Source: the human T2T-CHM13v2.0 reference genome, Homo sapiens. Taken from it: DNA of 64,000 nt. The stretch lies in the NCBI RefSeq assembly GCF_009914755.1, contig NC_060925.1; one strand, 5' to 3'. Of the stretch, positions 63,818-64,000 are shown piece after piece. The notes beneath the pieces were generated by a model. That model worked only from the letters and a program-made list of their open reading frames with translations, had not been told where the DNA came from and searched no databases. Position 1 is the first letter of the stretch. The number at the start of each line of letters is the position of its first letter. Position numbers and translations under genes: made by a program.

Positions 63818-64000
63818 TACGCGCTCCCCTGCGCCTGCTGCCCGCAGGCGTGTCTGTGCGTGTGGGCGTGTGTGCAAGCGAGCGTGGGTGCGCGTGTGGC
63901 CGTGCGTGGGGTGCGTGTGCACGTGTGCGCTGGCACACATGGGTGCTGGGTGTGGCCGAGCGCCTCTAACAAGTGAAAACACGAGTGTGAACCTCTCTCC
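63818..64000 (+). other. KAZN: Start of the short-isoform 3' UTR (intron of the long isoform); GT/GC-alternating and CpG-rich
   Basis: Follows the stop codon; gcgtgtctgtgcgtgtgggcgtgtgtgc tract. Confidence 0.85.

Overview
This is primate (almost certainly human) genomic DNA from inside the kazrin gene (KAZN, 1p36), transcribed on the + strand. Bases 1-32706 are the 3' part of a large intron. Six coding exons follow: 32707-32843, 41993-42163, 54110-54299, 58191-58321, 61591-61641 and 63650-63817. All have AG/GT boundaries and splice into one continuous frame (coiled coil, Ser/Pro-rich linker, basic KRKKKK NLS-like patch). The last exon either reads through to TGA (short kazrin A-type C-terminus GTAPDYYIEEDADW) or splices at an internal donor at 63773 (long kazrin E-type isoform, whose remaining exons lie beyond the window). 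The rest is intron rich in Alu (about 36 copies), MIR, L2, L1M, THE1/MLT1 and MER2/Tigger2/MER20 elements; nearly all other ORF-track entries are repeat-derived or chance ORFs. No prokaryotic system, CRISPR array or RNA gene is present, and I cannot establish a wholly new system from sequence alone. The most unusual structures are: (1) a roughly 390-bp, ~88%-identical non-Alu inverted duplication (49598-49990 / 53572-53960) ending 150 nt before an exon; (2) a CpG-rich heptamer minisatellite whose unexpanded paralog survives 2.3 kb away; (3) a 55-bp minisatellite grown from a MIR end, with 110-bp higher-order structure; (4) a 55-bp VNTR next to a 51-nt in-frame exon; (5) an Alu-orientation flip around exons 3-4 that favours back-splicing. 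Repeat coordinates and identities were estimated by eye, repeat subfamily names are from memory of consensus sequences, and exon numbers follow my recollection of the reference transcript.
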